DNA of 44,710 bases from Sphingobacteriales bacterium (GCA_043780395.1 JAYWCR010000025.1:1-44710), one strand, 5' to 3'; counted from the first letter of the stretch, positions 7,379-16,539 are shown. Made by a program: numbers and translations. The notes: generated from the letters alone by a model not told the origin.

Positions 7379-9967
7379 ATGATGCTTGAGAAAAACAGAT
7401 TAAGAAACGATATTTTGCCCGAAAGGCCACCTGCATACAGGCAAACAGCCTCTGCGTCAGCAGCGCAGGCGAAGCCAGACAAAAAGAATCTGGCTGCATC
7501 TGCCCGTGTCCCAAGGAAACCTATTGACCCCCGGCTGTTCAAGCTGGGAGGCCTGTTTTTGTTGTTGCTCTCACTTTTTCTATTTCTTTCATTCAGTTCA
7601 TACCTTTTGGACTGGGGATCTGACCAGGCCCTTACCCAGCACCTGAACATTGATAAGTTTGCCAAACCCAATATGTATGATGTACATAACTGGATGGGCA
7701 TGATCGGTGCAGGTGTGGCTCATATGTTTATCTATCTGGGCTTTGGAGTAGCTTCCTATGCATTTGTATTTGTGTTTGGCGTTCTGGGCATACATCTTCT
7801 CTTTGCCGAAAAATGGTTCAACCTGCGCAAATCGTTGGGCAATGCCACGTTTTTTCTGCTTTATATCTCCCTGCTTGCTGCCTTTATTTCTATTCTTGCC
7901 AATAGCTCACAGTATCTGGGCGGGGTATTCGGATATCAGACTGTGCTCTGGCTTAATGGTACTATGGGCCATCTGGGAACAGGATTACTCCTTTTATTTG
8001 GAGGTCTTGGATGGAGTATCTATGTATTTAACCTCGAGCTTGACCTCGGCTTTTTGAAGCGCCGTACTCCTGTCCAGGGAGTTGATCAGGATGAGCTCGA
8101 AGAAGACTCTCTTACAGAAGATGTGTTTATGGAGGTAAAGCCTGAAAGACCTGCCAGAAAGAGCAAACAGGCCAAGGATGCGGAGCCGCTGATCATTCAT
8201 CATCTTGATGATGATGAAGTAACGATCTATCCGGCTGAGGAACCTGAAGAAGACGATGTATTCGAACTCTATACGAGTGCAGAGGCCATGCGGGCAAAGA
8301 AAGATGAACCTGCAGACATTCCTCTGATAATCAGGCAGGAAGAGCCTGAGCCTGAACGCAAGGCTGAGCCTGAACGAAAGCCTGCCGGCCCATCTTTTTC
8401 TGTGGAACGAATTGAACATGAAAAAAAGTCTGCTGAACTGGTAGAGAAATACGGAAAGTTCGATGAGACCCTGGATCTTTCTTCCTATCAGTTCCCTGGC
8501 CTGGATCTGCTTGAAGACTATGGAAGTCAAAAGATCCAGGTGAGTGCTGCGGAGCTTGAAGCCAATAAAAATAAGATTGTCAGCACGCTCGGTCATTATG
8601 ATATAGGCATTGAAAAGATCAAGGCAACGATCGGGCCTACTGTTACTTTATATGAGATCATTCCCAAGGCAGGGGTCCGCATCTCCAAGATCAAGAACCT
8701 TGAAGATGATATAGCCCTGAATCTTGCAGCCCTGGGTATCCGCATCATTGCCCCCATACCTGGGAAGGGAACGATTGGTATTGAGGTGCCAAATCAGAAT
8801 CCTGAGCTTGTTTCCATGCGCTCGGTGATATCTTCAGAGAAATACCAGCGCAATGAAATGGATCTGCCCATTGCCTTTGGTAAAACCATTTCGAATGAGG
8901 TTTTTGTGGCCGATCTGGCAAAGATGCCCCACCTGCTTATGGCTGGTGCTACAGGCCAGGGAAAGTCTGTAGGAATCAATGCCCTGCTGGTATCCCTGCT
9001 ATATAAAAAACATCCTTCCCAGCTGAAGTTTGTTCTTGTTGACCCTAAAAAAGTAGAACTCACGCTTTTCCGTAAAATTGAAAGGCATTTTCTGGCAAAG
9101 CTTCCCAATGAAGAAGAAGCAATCATTACTGATACTAAAAAAGTGATCAATACGCTGAATTCTCTTTGTATTGAGATGGATCAGCGCTATACCCTGCTGA
9201 AAGATGCAGCGGTCAGAAATTTAAAAGAATACAACCATAAATTTACCAACCGGCAGCTCAACCCCGAAGAGGGCCACCGCTACCTGCCTTTTATTGTACT
9301 GATCATTGATGAGTTTGCCGATCTGATGATGACTGCAGGGAAAGAAATTGAAGCCCCTATTGCCCGGCTTGCACAACTGGCCCGGGCTATCGGAATTCAC
9401 CTGGTCATAGCCACCCAGCGCCCCTCTGTGAACATTATTACAGGTACGATAAAGGCTAACTTTCCAGCAAGAATTGCTTTCAGGGTCACCTCAAAGGTTG
9501 ACAGCCGTACCATTCTGGATGCAAGTGGTGCCGATCAGCTCATTGGCCGTGGAGACATGCTTCTTTCTACAGGTTCTGAGATCATCCGCCTGCAGTGTGC
9601 TTTCGTAGATACTCCGGAGGTAGAAAGAATCACTGACTTTATTGGTTCCCAGCGAGGCTACCCATCTGCCATGCCCCTGCCTGAATATGAAGGTGAGGAA
9701 GCAGATGAAAAAGGGAAAAGCATTAACCTGGATGACCGTGATTCCATGTTTGAAGATGCTGCACGGTTAATTGTACTGCACCAGCAGGGTTCTACTTCCC
9801 TGATCCAGCGCAAGTTGAAACTTGGTTATAACCGTGCCGGACGTATTATGGATGAGCTTGAAGCGGCAAAGATAGTAGGTCCGTTCGAAGGTAGTAAGGC
9901 AAGGGCTGTGCTATACCCTGATGAGTACTCCCTGGAAAGATACCTCGAAAATTTAGACAAGAATTAG
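7379..9967 (+). CDS. ftsK: DNA translocase FtsK/SpoIIIE
   Basis: N-terminal TM helices, an acidic/proline-rich linker, a motor domain with 'GATGQGKS' Walker A and 'IVLIIDEFADL' Walker B, and a C-terminal gamma winged helix 'STSLIQRKLKLGYNRAGRIMDELE'. The start is taken at MMLEKN (7379); the track ORF begins at 7298, overlapping mpl. Confidence 0.9.
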   Translation: MMLEKNRLRNDILPERPPAYRQTASASAAQAKPDKKNLAASARVPRKPIDPRLFKLGGLFLLLLSLFLFLSFSSYLLDWGSDQALTQHLNIDKFAKPNMYDVHNWMGMIGAGVAHMFIYLGFGVASYAFVFVFGVLGIHLLFAEKWFNLRKSLGNATFFLLYISLLAAFISILANSSQYLGGVFGYQTVLWLNGTMGHLGTGLLLLFGGLGWSIYVFNLELDLGFLKRRTPVQGVDQDELEEDSLTEDVFMEVKPERPARKSKQAKDAEPLIIHHLDDDEVTIYPAEEPEEDDVFELYTSAEAMRAKKDEPADIPLIIRQEEPEPERKAEPERKPAGPSFSVERIEHEKKSAELVEKYGKFDETLDLSSYQFPGLDLLEDYGSQKIQVSAAELEANKNKIVSTLGHYDIGIEKIKATIGPTVTLYEIIPKAGVRISKIKNLEDDIALNLAALGIRIIAPIPGKGTIGIEVPNQNPELVSMRSVISSEKYQRNEMDLPIAFGKTISNEVFVADLAKMPHLLMAGATGQGKSVGINALLVSLLYKKHPSQLKFVLVDPKKVELTLFRKIERHFLAKLPNEEEAIITDTKKVINTLNSLCIEMDQRYTLLKDAAVRNLKEYNHKFTNRQLNPEEGHRYLPFIVLIIDEFADLMMTAGKEIEAPIARLAQLARAIGIHLVIATQRPSVNIITGTIKANFPARIAFRVTSKVDSRTILDASGADQLIGRGDMLLSTGSEIIRLQCAFVDTPEVERITDFIGSQRGYPSAMPLPEYEGEEADEKGKSINLDDRDSMFEDAARLIVLHQQGSTSLIQRKLKLGYNRAGRIMDELEAAKIVGPFEGSKARAVLYPDEYSLERYLENLDKN

Positions 9968-10019
9968 TATACTTATCCTGTAAAAACAGAACGGGCATGA
10001 GCTTTGAAGCACCAAAACG

Positions 10020-10679
10020 ATGAAGAAAAAATTTTTTATTTTAAGCCTGTATCTTTCGCTTTTAACCACTGCCCTTTTTGCACAGACAAATTCACACGAA
10101 AAAAAAGCAAGCCGCATCTTAAACGAGGTAAGCCAGCGGTATAAAAAGCTTAATACGATTGAAGCACATTTCAGTTTTACCCTGAGCAACCCCACAGACC
10201 ACCTGAATGAAACACAGGCAGGTGTATTATATGTGCAGCCTTCCGGTAATAAATACCACCTTGTTCTAAACGGCCAGGAGATCTTTTCAGATGGGAAGCT
10301 CACCTATACTTACCTGAAAGCCCAAAAAGAAATTCAGATCACGAATCCTGATACCAACAGCGAAACAATTAACCCTGCACGCATCTTCTCCATGTATGAA
10401 TCTGGCTTTACTTCAAGCTATAATAAAGAGATCCGCCAGGGGAAGTTAAAACTCGATTTGATTGATCTTAGCCCCGTGCATCCAAAAAAGGTAGTGAAAG
10501 CTCAGATTGCAGTCATCAGGCATTCCCATCAGATCTATCAGATCCATTCCTATGATAAAGGTGGTAATCAGGTGACCATTACTGTCAACCAGTTCATCCC
10601 CAATCCGCAGGTAAACAATGACCAGTTCAATTTTGTAAAAAAGAACTATCCCGGTGTGGAAGTGATTGACCTTCGATAA
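10020..10679 (+). CDS. Outer-membrane lipoprotein carrier LolA-like protein
   Basis: 219 aa with a signal peptide ('LLTTALFAQ'). Size and beta-rich composition fit LolA, as does its position immediately after ftsK, a widely conserved ftsK-lolA synteny. Confidence 0.65.
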   Translation: MKKKFFILSLYLSLLTTALFAQTNSHEKKASRILNEVSQRYKKLNTIEAHFSFTLSNPTDHLNETQAGVLYVQPSGNKYHLVLNGQEIFSDGKLTYTYLKAQKEIQITNPDTNSETINPARIFSMYESGFTSSYNKEIRQGKLKLDLIDLSPVHPKKVVKAQIAVIRHSHQIYQIHSYDKGGNQVTITVNQFIPNPQVNNDQFNFVKKNYPGVEVIDLR

Positions 10680-10969
10680 TGATTCCCTATACCCCTCATA
10701 GCTTAAGCCGTATTGAAACTATTTTCAAAGATCTGGGCTATAAAGTGAGGTATGAAAAGGGGAATTTCCATTCCGGATCCTGCTCCATCCAGCAATCAAA
10801 GGTTGTAGTGATCAATAAATTCATCAGCCTAGAACAAAAGATCAATTCAATGATTGGTATTTTGCTTTCAGGCCCGGTGCAGGAGGAACTGCTGGATGAA
10901 AAGCAGCGCGATTACCTTCGTCATGTGCGCCAGACGAGTCTGGACTTTGGAAAGAAGCAGGCAGAATAA
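10679..10969 (+). CDS. Small hypothetical protein (96 aa), translationally coupled to the LolA-like gene
   Basis: The ATG overlaps the upstream TAA (TAATG at 10677-10681). No motif recognised. Confidence 0.45.
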   Translation: MIPYTPHSLSRIETIFKDLGYKVRYEKGNFHSGSCSIQQSKVVVINKFISLEQKINSMIGILLSGPVQEELLDEKQRDYLRHVRQTSLDFGKKQAE

Positions 10970-10986
10970 TTTAAACAGCAATTCAG

Positions 10987-11748
10987 ATGAAGATCACCTT
11001 TCTTGGTACCGGAACATCACAGGGGGTACCTGTCATTGCCTGCGAATGCGCCGTATGTACGTCGGAAAATGCCTTTGATAACAGGTTGCGCTCTTCTATA
11101 CTTGTTGAAACAGAGGATAAAAAGGTTGTGATTGACTCCGGACCTGATTTTCGCTATCAGATGCTTCGTGCCCATGTGAAAACACTCGATGCCATTGTCT
11201 TTACCCATGAACATAAAGACCATGTGGCAGGCCTGGATGATATCCGGGCCTTTAATTTTAAAGATGGCCGTGAAATGGATGTCTACGCCTCTGAAGAAGT
11301 ACAACAGGCTATTATCCGGGAGTTTTCCTATATTTTCTCAGCTATCAGGTACCCGGGCATACCCCAGATAAACCTTATCGGCATTGAGAAACATCCGTTT
11401 ATGATCGGCAAAACTACCTGGAATCCAATAGAGGTAATGCATTATAAACTGCCGGTACTGGGCTTTAGAATAGGCGACTTCACCTATATCACAGATGCTA
11501 AAACTATCAGCCCTACTGAGTTTGATAAGATCCGTGGAAGTAAAGTGCTGGTTTTAAATGCCTTACAACCACAGCCACATATTTCACATTTTACGCTTGA
11601 TGAAGCAGTGGAAGTAGCCAGGCAGATCGGGGCTGAGCAGACCTGGTTTACACATATCAGCCATAGGATGGGGAAACATGAGGAAGCCAATGCAAAACTT
11701 CCCCATGGTATAAAACTCGCTTATGATGGTCTTGTTCTTAACATATAA
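10987..11748 (+). CDS. MBL-fold metallo-hydrolase (PhnP/GPMB-like)
   Basis: 'ITFLGTGTSQGVP' N-terminus and 'THEHKDHVAGLDD' (HxHxDH) metal motif. Confidence 0.85.
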   Translation: MKITFLGTGTSQGVPVIACECAVCTSENAFDNRLRSSILVETEDKKVVIDSGPDFRYQMLRAHVKTLDAIVFTHEHKDHVAGLDDIRAFNFKDGREMDVYASEEVQQAIIREFSYIFSAIRYPGIPQINLIGIEKHPFMIGKTTWNPIEVMHYKLPVLGFRIGDFTYITDAKTISPTEFDKIRGSKVLVLNALQPQPHISHFTLDEAVEVARQIGAEQTWFTHISHRMGKHEEANAKLPHGIKLAYDGLVLNI

Positions 11749-11759
11749 TAACAAAAAAT

Positions 11760-12125
11760 TCAAAAATCCATGGTCTTGTCAAGCTGGAACTGTACAGACC
11801 TGATAAGTTCATTGATATGAAATGGCTTTGGAATATAGGCATCAGCTCCGCAATCCCAGGAAACTTCCTTTATATTTTTATTGGCTGAGATCATAATGAC
11901 CGGGATATTGCGGGTCTTATCCTCTTTTTTAAGCCTTTTGCAAATGCTGTATCCATTTACCCCAGACAGGTCTATATCAAGAAGAAACAGGTCAGGATAT
12001 TCATTTTCCAGATTTTTACCATCAGAAGAAGGTATTACTTCGAAGCCCTCATTTTCAAGGATCAAACAAAGAACTTCCAAAATATCCGGATCATCATCTG
12101 CTACTACAATTCTTTTTTTTTCCAT
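11760..12125 (-). CDS. Stand-alone response regulator receiver domain (CheY-like)
   Basis: 121 aa with 'IVVADDDPDILE', 'DLFLLDIDLSGVNG' (phospho-acceptor Asp region) and 'ADAYIPKPF'. No output domain. Confidence 0.85.
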   Translation of the reverse strand: MEKKRIVVADDDPDILEVLCLILENEGFEVIPSSDGKNLENEYPDLFLLDIDLSGVNGYSICKRLKKEDKTRNIPVIMISANKNIKEVSWDCGADAYIPKPFHINELIRSVQFQLDKTMDF

Positions 12126-12206
12126 AAGAACTTTACGCTAAACTGATTAAACTGTATATAGCAATTAATATTCCTTAAATTTTATAAAAGGTATATTTTA
12201 CATTTA

Positions 12207-12875
12207 TTATGAAACAGTATTTTTTTCTTCTTCTCTGGTAAAACGAAACTGACCTCTGATACTTGCCTGGTGGTGTAAATTTATTGCTTGCCGGAGGGCT
12301 GCAAAATTAAACGTTGAATTTGTCCCGCAATCAAGCATCTTAAAATAAAGTGAAGGTTTAAGACTTTCCATATACTCTATAAGGTTCGAGCTCCATATCA
12401 ACTGGCATTTACCTTTCACCGCCGGGATAATTTCAGAAATTCCTTCCTGGACCTTTATTTGCCTTACATAAATTGATTCAAGCTGTCCCTGTGGGAACAT
12501 AAGCAGCACATTGCCGGGTGTTTCAAGGATCTCTGCGGCGTAACGGATGCTTTCTGCAACTGAACTCGTACCTGGAGATACTGAGAAAGAACCTGCATAG
12601 CGCAGCCAGCGGTTCTTTTTCATCTGCTTCTCTAATGACATAATATAGAGCCGGCCCGCTGTCTGCTGTTTTCTTATGGCATGATTGCAGATATAGAATG
12701 CCAGAATCCCGTCCCAGAAACTGAAATGATTGCACATAAGCAAATACGAATGCCCGTCAAGCAACTCAACCCCCCGGGTTTCAATTTTATTGAAGCTTCG
12801 TTTCAGGCTCTTGTCGATGAACCAGGAAACAAGCCTGAAAAGAAAAGGGGAAAGGGGCTTGGCAGTTATGATCAT
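12207..12875 (-). CDS. PlsC/LPLAT-family acyltransferase (lysophospholipid acyltransferase-like)
   Basis: HX4D catalytic motif 'NHFSFWDG' plus 'FPQG' (block III-like). The ATG overlaps the upstream stop (ATGA at 12872-12875). Confidence 0.7.
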   Translation of the reverse strand: MIITAKPLSPFLFRLVSWFIDKSLKRSFNKIETRGVELLDGHSYLLMCNHFSFWDGILAFYICNHAIRKQQTAGRLYIMSLEKQMKKNRWLRYAGSFSVSPGTSSVAESIRYAAEILETPGNVLLMFPQGQLESIYVRQIKVQEGISEIIPAVKGKCQLIWSSNLIEYMESLKPSLYFKMLDCGTNSTFNFAALRQAINLHHQASIRGQFRFTREEEKNTVS

Positions 12876-13696
12876 TGCAGGTATTGGATTAAAATATCGG
12901 CCAGTTGCTGGTTCACCAGCTCATGCCCTTCATCAAGTACCAGCTTGGTGGAATGCTGAAGCCTGGGCAGAACTTTACTGCCTATTACGGCAGGGTAAAT
13001 GCGGTCTTTTTTTCCAAAAATAAACAGACTTTTAATAGCAGCCCTGTTCATTGAGGCAACAAATACTTCCCCATCAAGGTCCAGATGCCGCAAGTAAGTA
13101 ATACAGGCATAAAATGCCAGCCTCAATTCAGGAGTTTCTATTTCTTTCATAAGAATTTCCTGTGCCCGCTGATCAATAATGCCAAGGTTTTTACAAAGAT
13201 TTAACAGCCGTATCATGCCCTGATCGCTTGTGCTTAATTTGCGGAGCAGAAAATTGGCAGCCCTGTTCTTGCTCAGGAAATATAAAAAGGGTTCGGGTCG
13301 CAGGGAAGAAGGAGCGATCGCAATATATTCATCTACTCTGGAGGCACATAGCTCAATGATGCTTGATGCATAATGGGTACCCATTGAGTAGGCGATCATC
13401 GAAAAACGGTCAATATGCTGGGATTCACAAAAATCCAGTATGATCGATTTAAGCTCTTCCTTGCTTATACCCCTGAGTATTTCATCCATGCCCTTGTTGG
13501 AAAGCCGGGTCTGTTTATGAAAAAAAAGGTCAAACCCATAAAAAGTAAAGGTGCTTCCAAGGCCTTCTTCAAGCACTTTAAACTGTTTGCCATGCATACC
13601 ATACCCATGAAAGCCAAGCATATGCCTGCTTCCATGCCCGAATTTATAAAAATGAATGCGCGCTGCCGGATGGTCAAAATAATGTTCTGTCATCAT
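12872..13696 (-). CDS. Alpha/beta-fold hydrolase (candidate thioesterase/esterase)
   Basis: 'LGFHGYGMHG' oxyanion region and nucleophile elbow 'IAYSMGT' (sm-x-S-x-G). 274 aa. Confidence 0.7.
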   Translation of the reverse strand: MMTEHYFDHPAARIHFYKFGHGSRHMLGFHGYGMHGKQFKVLEEGLGSTFTFYGFDLFFHKQTRLSNKGMDEILRGISKEELKSIILDFCESQHIDRFSMIAYSMGTHYASSIIELCASRVDEYIAIAPSSLRPEPFLYFLSKNRAANFLLRKLSTSDQGMIRLLNLCKNLGIIDQRAQEILMKEIETPELRLAFYACITYLRHLDLDGEVFVASMNRAAIKSLFIFGKKDRIYPAVIGSKVLPRLQHSTKLVLDEGHELVNQQLADILIQYLQ

Positions 13697-13700
13697 CTGA

Positions 13701-14117
13701 TTAAATGCGTACGGGTTCTGGGATGCTCAGGCAGGCAATAGCCCAAGCATACTGGCCTTCATGACTTATACTCAAACTGACCTTAAAGGTTGCAAAAGCC
13801 GCCGGAAGATTTACGAAAGGCTGTCCGGCAGGCATGTAGCGTATGATCTCAATTTGTTTCCAGCCTGGCATATTCGTAGAAACTTGTTTTAGCGCTTTGT
13901 AAACAGCCTCTTTAGCTGCCCAGGTAGAGGCATACCGCAACAGGGGTTCTGAAAAAGAATGGCAGTAAGCGAGCTCGGCAGGGCTGTAGACGCGGTCTAT
14001 AAATTCTGGGGTAAGGGAGTGGGTAAAAGCGGGCAGATGAACAAGGTCATTACCAAGTGCGAGGCAGGCTCCCTGCAGGGTCTGGCCCAGCTGCGCGTTC
14101 AGGGTTTCAGCTTTCAT
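13701..14117 (-). CDS. AcpS-type 4'-phosphopantetheinyl transferase (holo-ACP synthase)
   Basis: 'LGNDLVHL' (GxD), 'WAAKEAVYKAL' and 'SISHEGQYAWA' match AcpS motifs. The start is trimmed to MKAETL (14117). The track ORF's extra 42 codons lie inside the upstream FabI-like gene. Confidence 0.7.
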   Translation of the reverse strand: MKAETLNAQLGQTLQGACLALGNDLVHLPAFTHSLTPEFIDRVYSPAELAYCHSFSEPLLRYASTWAAKEAVYKALKQVSTNMPGWKQIEIIRYMPAGQPFVNLPAAFATFKVSLSISHEGQYAWAIACLSIPEPVRI

Positions 14118-14919
14118 CTGTTGGCACGCCCATAATGTTAAAGCCACCATCCACATAATGGATATTTCCTGTGACAGAGCCTGAAAGATCAGAAAAATAA
14201 TAAAGTGCAGCCCCCCCAACATCCTGGCCATCGATATTTCCAAGTGGAGCCATCACCTTACCCAGTTTGCGCAGTTTGCGGACTCCATTTATACCTCCCG
14301 AAGAACTTGTCATCACCAGGCCCGCAGAAATAGCGTTGACCCTGATGTTCTGGCTTCCGAAATAATCTGCCAGATAGCGCATGATATTTTCCAAAGCTGC
14401 CTTCAGTATACCCATGCCTGCATATCCTGGAAAGACCCGCTGTGAGGCATTATAGGTAAGAGTAAGGATAGAGGCACCTGGAGCAAGCAGGGGTTCAGCT
14501 ACCCTGCAGATGCGCAGCAGCGAATAGGCAGAAATATTAAAGGCATCCATCAGGGCCTCAAAGGGGATATCCAGGTATCTGGAAGGCGCTTCCCTGCTTC
14601 CATAGAAATTTGCACACATGACCTGCGGATTTCCATAGGCCACTGCATGGAGCATATAATGTATGGGCCCAAGACCTGAATGAATGGCCGTTAAAAATGA
14701 TCTTATCTGGTCTTCATCCCTGACATCTACCTCTGCTGCATAGCTTTTGTCAAGGCCATGCTGATCCATGAGAAAGAGTACATCTTCACGTGTATCCGCA
14801 GTATAGCTGAGAGCCAGGGTGCAGCCTGATTCTTTAAGTTTCAGGGCAATGGAAAAAGCAATGGAGCGTTCGTTTCTGACGCCGAACAGTACGGCTACTT
14901 TCTGCGAATTATCTATCAT
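14107..14919 (-). CDS. fabI: Enoyl-ACP reductase, FabI-like (SDR)
   Basis: 'VLFGVRNERSIAFSIA' and 'TYNASQRVFPGYAGMGILKAALENIMRYLA' align with the FabI Y-x6-K active-site block. 'RVNAISAG' is also present. Confidence 0.8.
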   Translation of the reverse strand: MIDNSQKVAVLFGVRNERSIAFSIALKLKESGCTLALSYTADTREDVLFLMDQHGLDKSYAAEVDVRDEDQIRSFLTAIHSGLGPIHYMLHAVAYGNPQVMCANFYGSREAPSRYLDIPFEALMDAFNISAYSLLRICRVAEPLLAPGASILTLTYNASQRVFPGYAGMGILKAALENIMRYLADYFGSQNIRVNAISAGLVMTSSSGGINGVRKLRKLGKVMAPLGNIDGQDVGGAALYYFSDLSGSVTGNIHYVDGGFNIMGVPTDES

Positions 14920-16277
14920 GCGTTATATTTTGAAAGGGACATGGCACTGTTCGTGCCTCCAAAGCCATAGTTCAGGCAAACAATGCGGTTAATTTCTTTG
15001 CTCAGGCTTTGCTGGGGTATGAGATCCCGGAAAGCCTCAAGAGGCTGGCGGGGACCTTTCCAGCCAGGGGCAAGCTGGAAGGGTTCAGACTCCTGGTTCA
15101 GCTGTCCGGAGTTCAGGCAGGGGCTTACTTTCTGTTCTTTCAGCATAAGCAGCGCTGCAATACATTCCACAGCACCAGCGGCGCCCAGCATATGGCCGAA
15201 CTGCGACTTAGGTGCTGCAATATGATAGCCTTCAGTGCCCATGAAATCAACTACACTCAGAAGCTCAATGGCGTCACCGATCGGGGTGGAGGTTCCATGA
15301 ACTTTTACCACATCAGGTTTCTGAAGTTCTGTCTCACCTGAGGGTTTCATCAGACCCTTCCACAAACGTTGCTGCCCTCCAAAGGAAGGTGCAAACATAT
15401 TGCCATCACCGTCTGAATTATTAAAATATGAATCTATGACAGCCAGAATATTTGCTCCCCGGGCCTTTGCATGTTCCATTTCTTCGAGGGCAACAATGCC
15501 TGCGCCGAACGAGCATACAAAGCCGTTCCTTTGTTTATCAAAGGGTCTGGAGCTTTCGCCGGGTGAAAACCCTTTGCTGAGTACCTGCATGGCATCAAAA
15601 CCTATAAAAGTTTCAAGGGAGGTCTCTTCGATGCCCCCTGCAAGTACACGGTCCTGGATGCCATGTTTGATGAGCCGGTAGGCATGTCCGATATTTCCGA
15701 GGCCTGTGGCACAGGCTGAAATGATCGATTCGCAGACGCCCTGGTTTTTGATCAGGCATGAAACATTTGCTGCCTCGCGGTAGCTCATGCTGCGGTCAAC
15801 GGTATGAGAGCCTACAATTCTTGTTTTTCCCTTCAGTTCAAAGAAATTATGCCATCCGGCGCGTAAAACCTTATTCCCTGAGCCCCCGGAGCCGATCACA
15901 ACACCTGTCTGCTCTGACTGTACTTCGCCTGTATTCCAGCCAGCCATTTCAATGGCCTCCAGTGTGGAGATCATCGCCCAGATGCTGCCTGCATCTGCAG
16001 TGGCAAGGTTAATATCAGGGATGCGGCCGGCCCTGTCAATATATGTTTCCGGATAGTTTTTTACAAGCGATGATTCTATCACTTCAAGCTGCATTTCTTC
16101 ATCCGTTACATAGCCTGAAACCGTAGAGCGTATATTCTTTCCATAGGCAGCTGCTTCCTGCCAGCTTCTGATAAGACTTTTATTGGAAAACAGGCTGTTA
16201 CTGAATTCTTCAAGCCCCGAACAGGTGGGGAAAACCCCTGCCATTCCTACAATAACGACCTTGCGATCTGCTGCCAT
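14916..16277 (-). CDS. Beta-ketoacyl-ACP synthase (elongating KS with a Cys-His-His triad)
   Basis: 'SACATG' active-site Cys, 'VHGTSTPIGD' and 'FGHMLGAAG' His motifs. The N-terminus 'VVIVGMAGVFP...EFSNSL' is PKS-like. The stop overlaps the next start by 4 nt. Confidence 0.9.
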   Translation of the reverse strand: MAADRKVVIVGMAGVFPTCSGLEEFSNSLFSNKSLIRSWQEAAAYGKNIRSTVSGYVTDEEMQLEVIESSLVKNYPETYIDRAGRIPDINLATADAGSIWAMISTLEAIEMAGWNTGEVQSEQTGVVIGSGGSGNKVLRAGWHNFFELKGKTRIVGSHTVDRSMSYREAANVSCLIKNQGVCESIISACATGLGNIGHAYRLIKHGIQDRVLAGGIEETSLETFIGFDAMQVLSKGFSPGESSRPFDKQRNGFVCSFGAGIVALEEMEHAKARGANILAVIDSYFNNSDGDGNMFAPSFGGQQRLWKGLMKPSGETELQKPDVVKVHGTSTPIGDAIELLSVVDFMGTEGYHIAAPKSQFGHMLGAAGAVECIAALLMLKEQKVSPCLNSGQLNQESEPFQLAPGWKGPRQPLEAFRDLIPQQSLSKEINRIVCLNYGFGGTNSAMSLSKYNA

Positions 16278-16284
16278 GAAATGA

Positions 16285-16533
16285 TTATTTTTTTAAGATG
16301 AGGTCAATGATGTCTTTAACCTTTGATCCAAGGCCGTCAATATCCTCATCTTCAAATTCAACACCAAACTTTTGCTCAGCCTTGGCGGCTATATTGATCA
16401 TCTCTGTGGAGGGTGTGTTCAGGTCAGTGATAAAATCAGTCTGCTCGGTAATTGTTTTCAGCTTTGCAGGGTCAATAGTTCTTACAGTTCTTAATATTTC
16501 TACCAAACCTGCTAAAATTTCTTCTCTAGTCAT
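16285..16533 (-). CDS. Acyl carrier protein (dedicated, non-canonical attachment motif)
   Basis: 82 aa and acidic. 'DLNTPSTEMINIAAKAEQKFG' aligns with the ACP '[21 protein letters not shown]', which puts the Ser at residue 42. Confidence 0.8.
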   Translation of the reverse strand: MTREEILAGLVEILRTVRTIDPAKLKTITEQTDFITDLNTPSTEMINIAAKAEQKFGVEFEDEDIDGLGSKVKDIIDLILKK

Positions 16534-16539
16534 GCTTAC

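Noticed and set aside
8341-8385. An 18-nt tandem repeat (gagcctgaacgMaag...) in the ftsK linker, encoding 'EPERKAEPERK'.
   Set aside because: FtsK linkers are generically low-complexity and Pro/Glu-rich. Two short copies do not merit a separate finding.
7994-8596. A 200-aa antisense ORF inside ftsK. Similar long antisense ORFs lie at 30643-31161 inside rmuC, 34082-34603 inside the GH78-like gene, 19052-19423 inside treA and 37993-38433 inside the gluconate-DH-subunit gene.
   Set aside because: All lie fully within strongly supported genes on the opposite strand. They have low-complexity or Arg/Ser/Leu-rich translations typical of antisense frames, and no recognisable motifs.
10020-10679. The LolA-like gene could be the lipid-carrier component of the KS/ACP operon, since aryl-polyene clusters contain LolA-like genes.
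   Set aside because: It is on the opposite strand and separated from the operon by three unrelated genes. It also sits in the widely conserved ftsK-lolA position.
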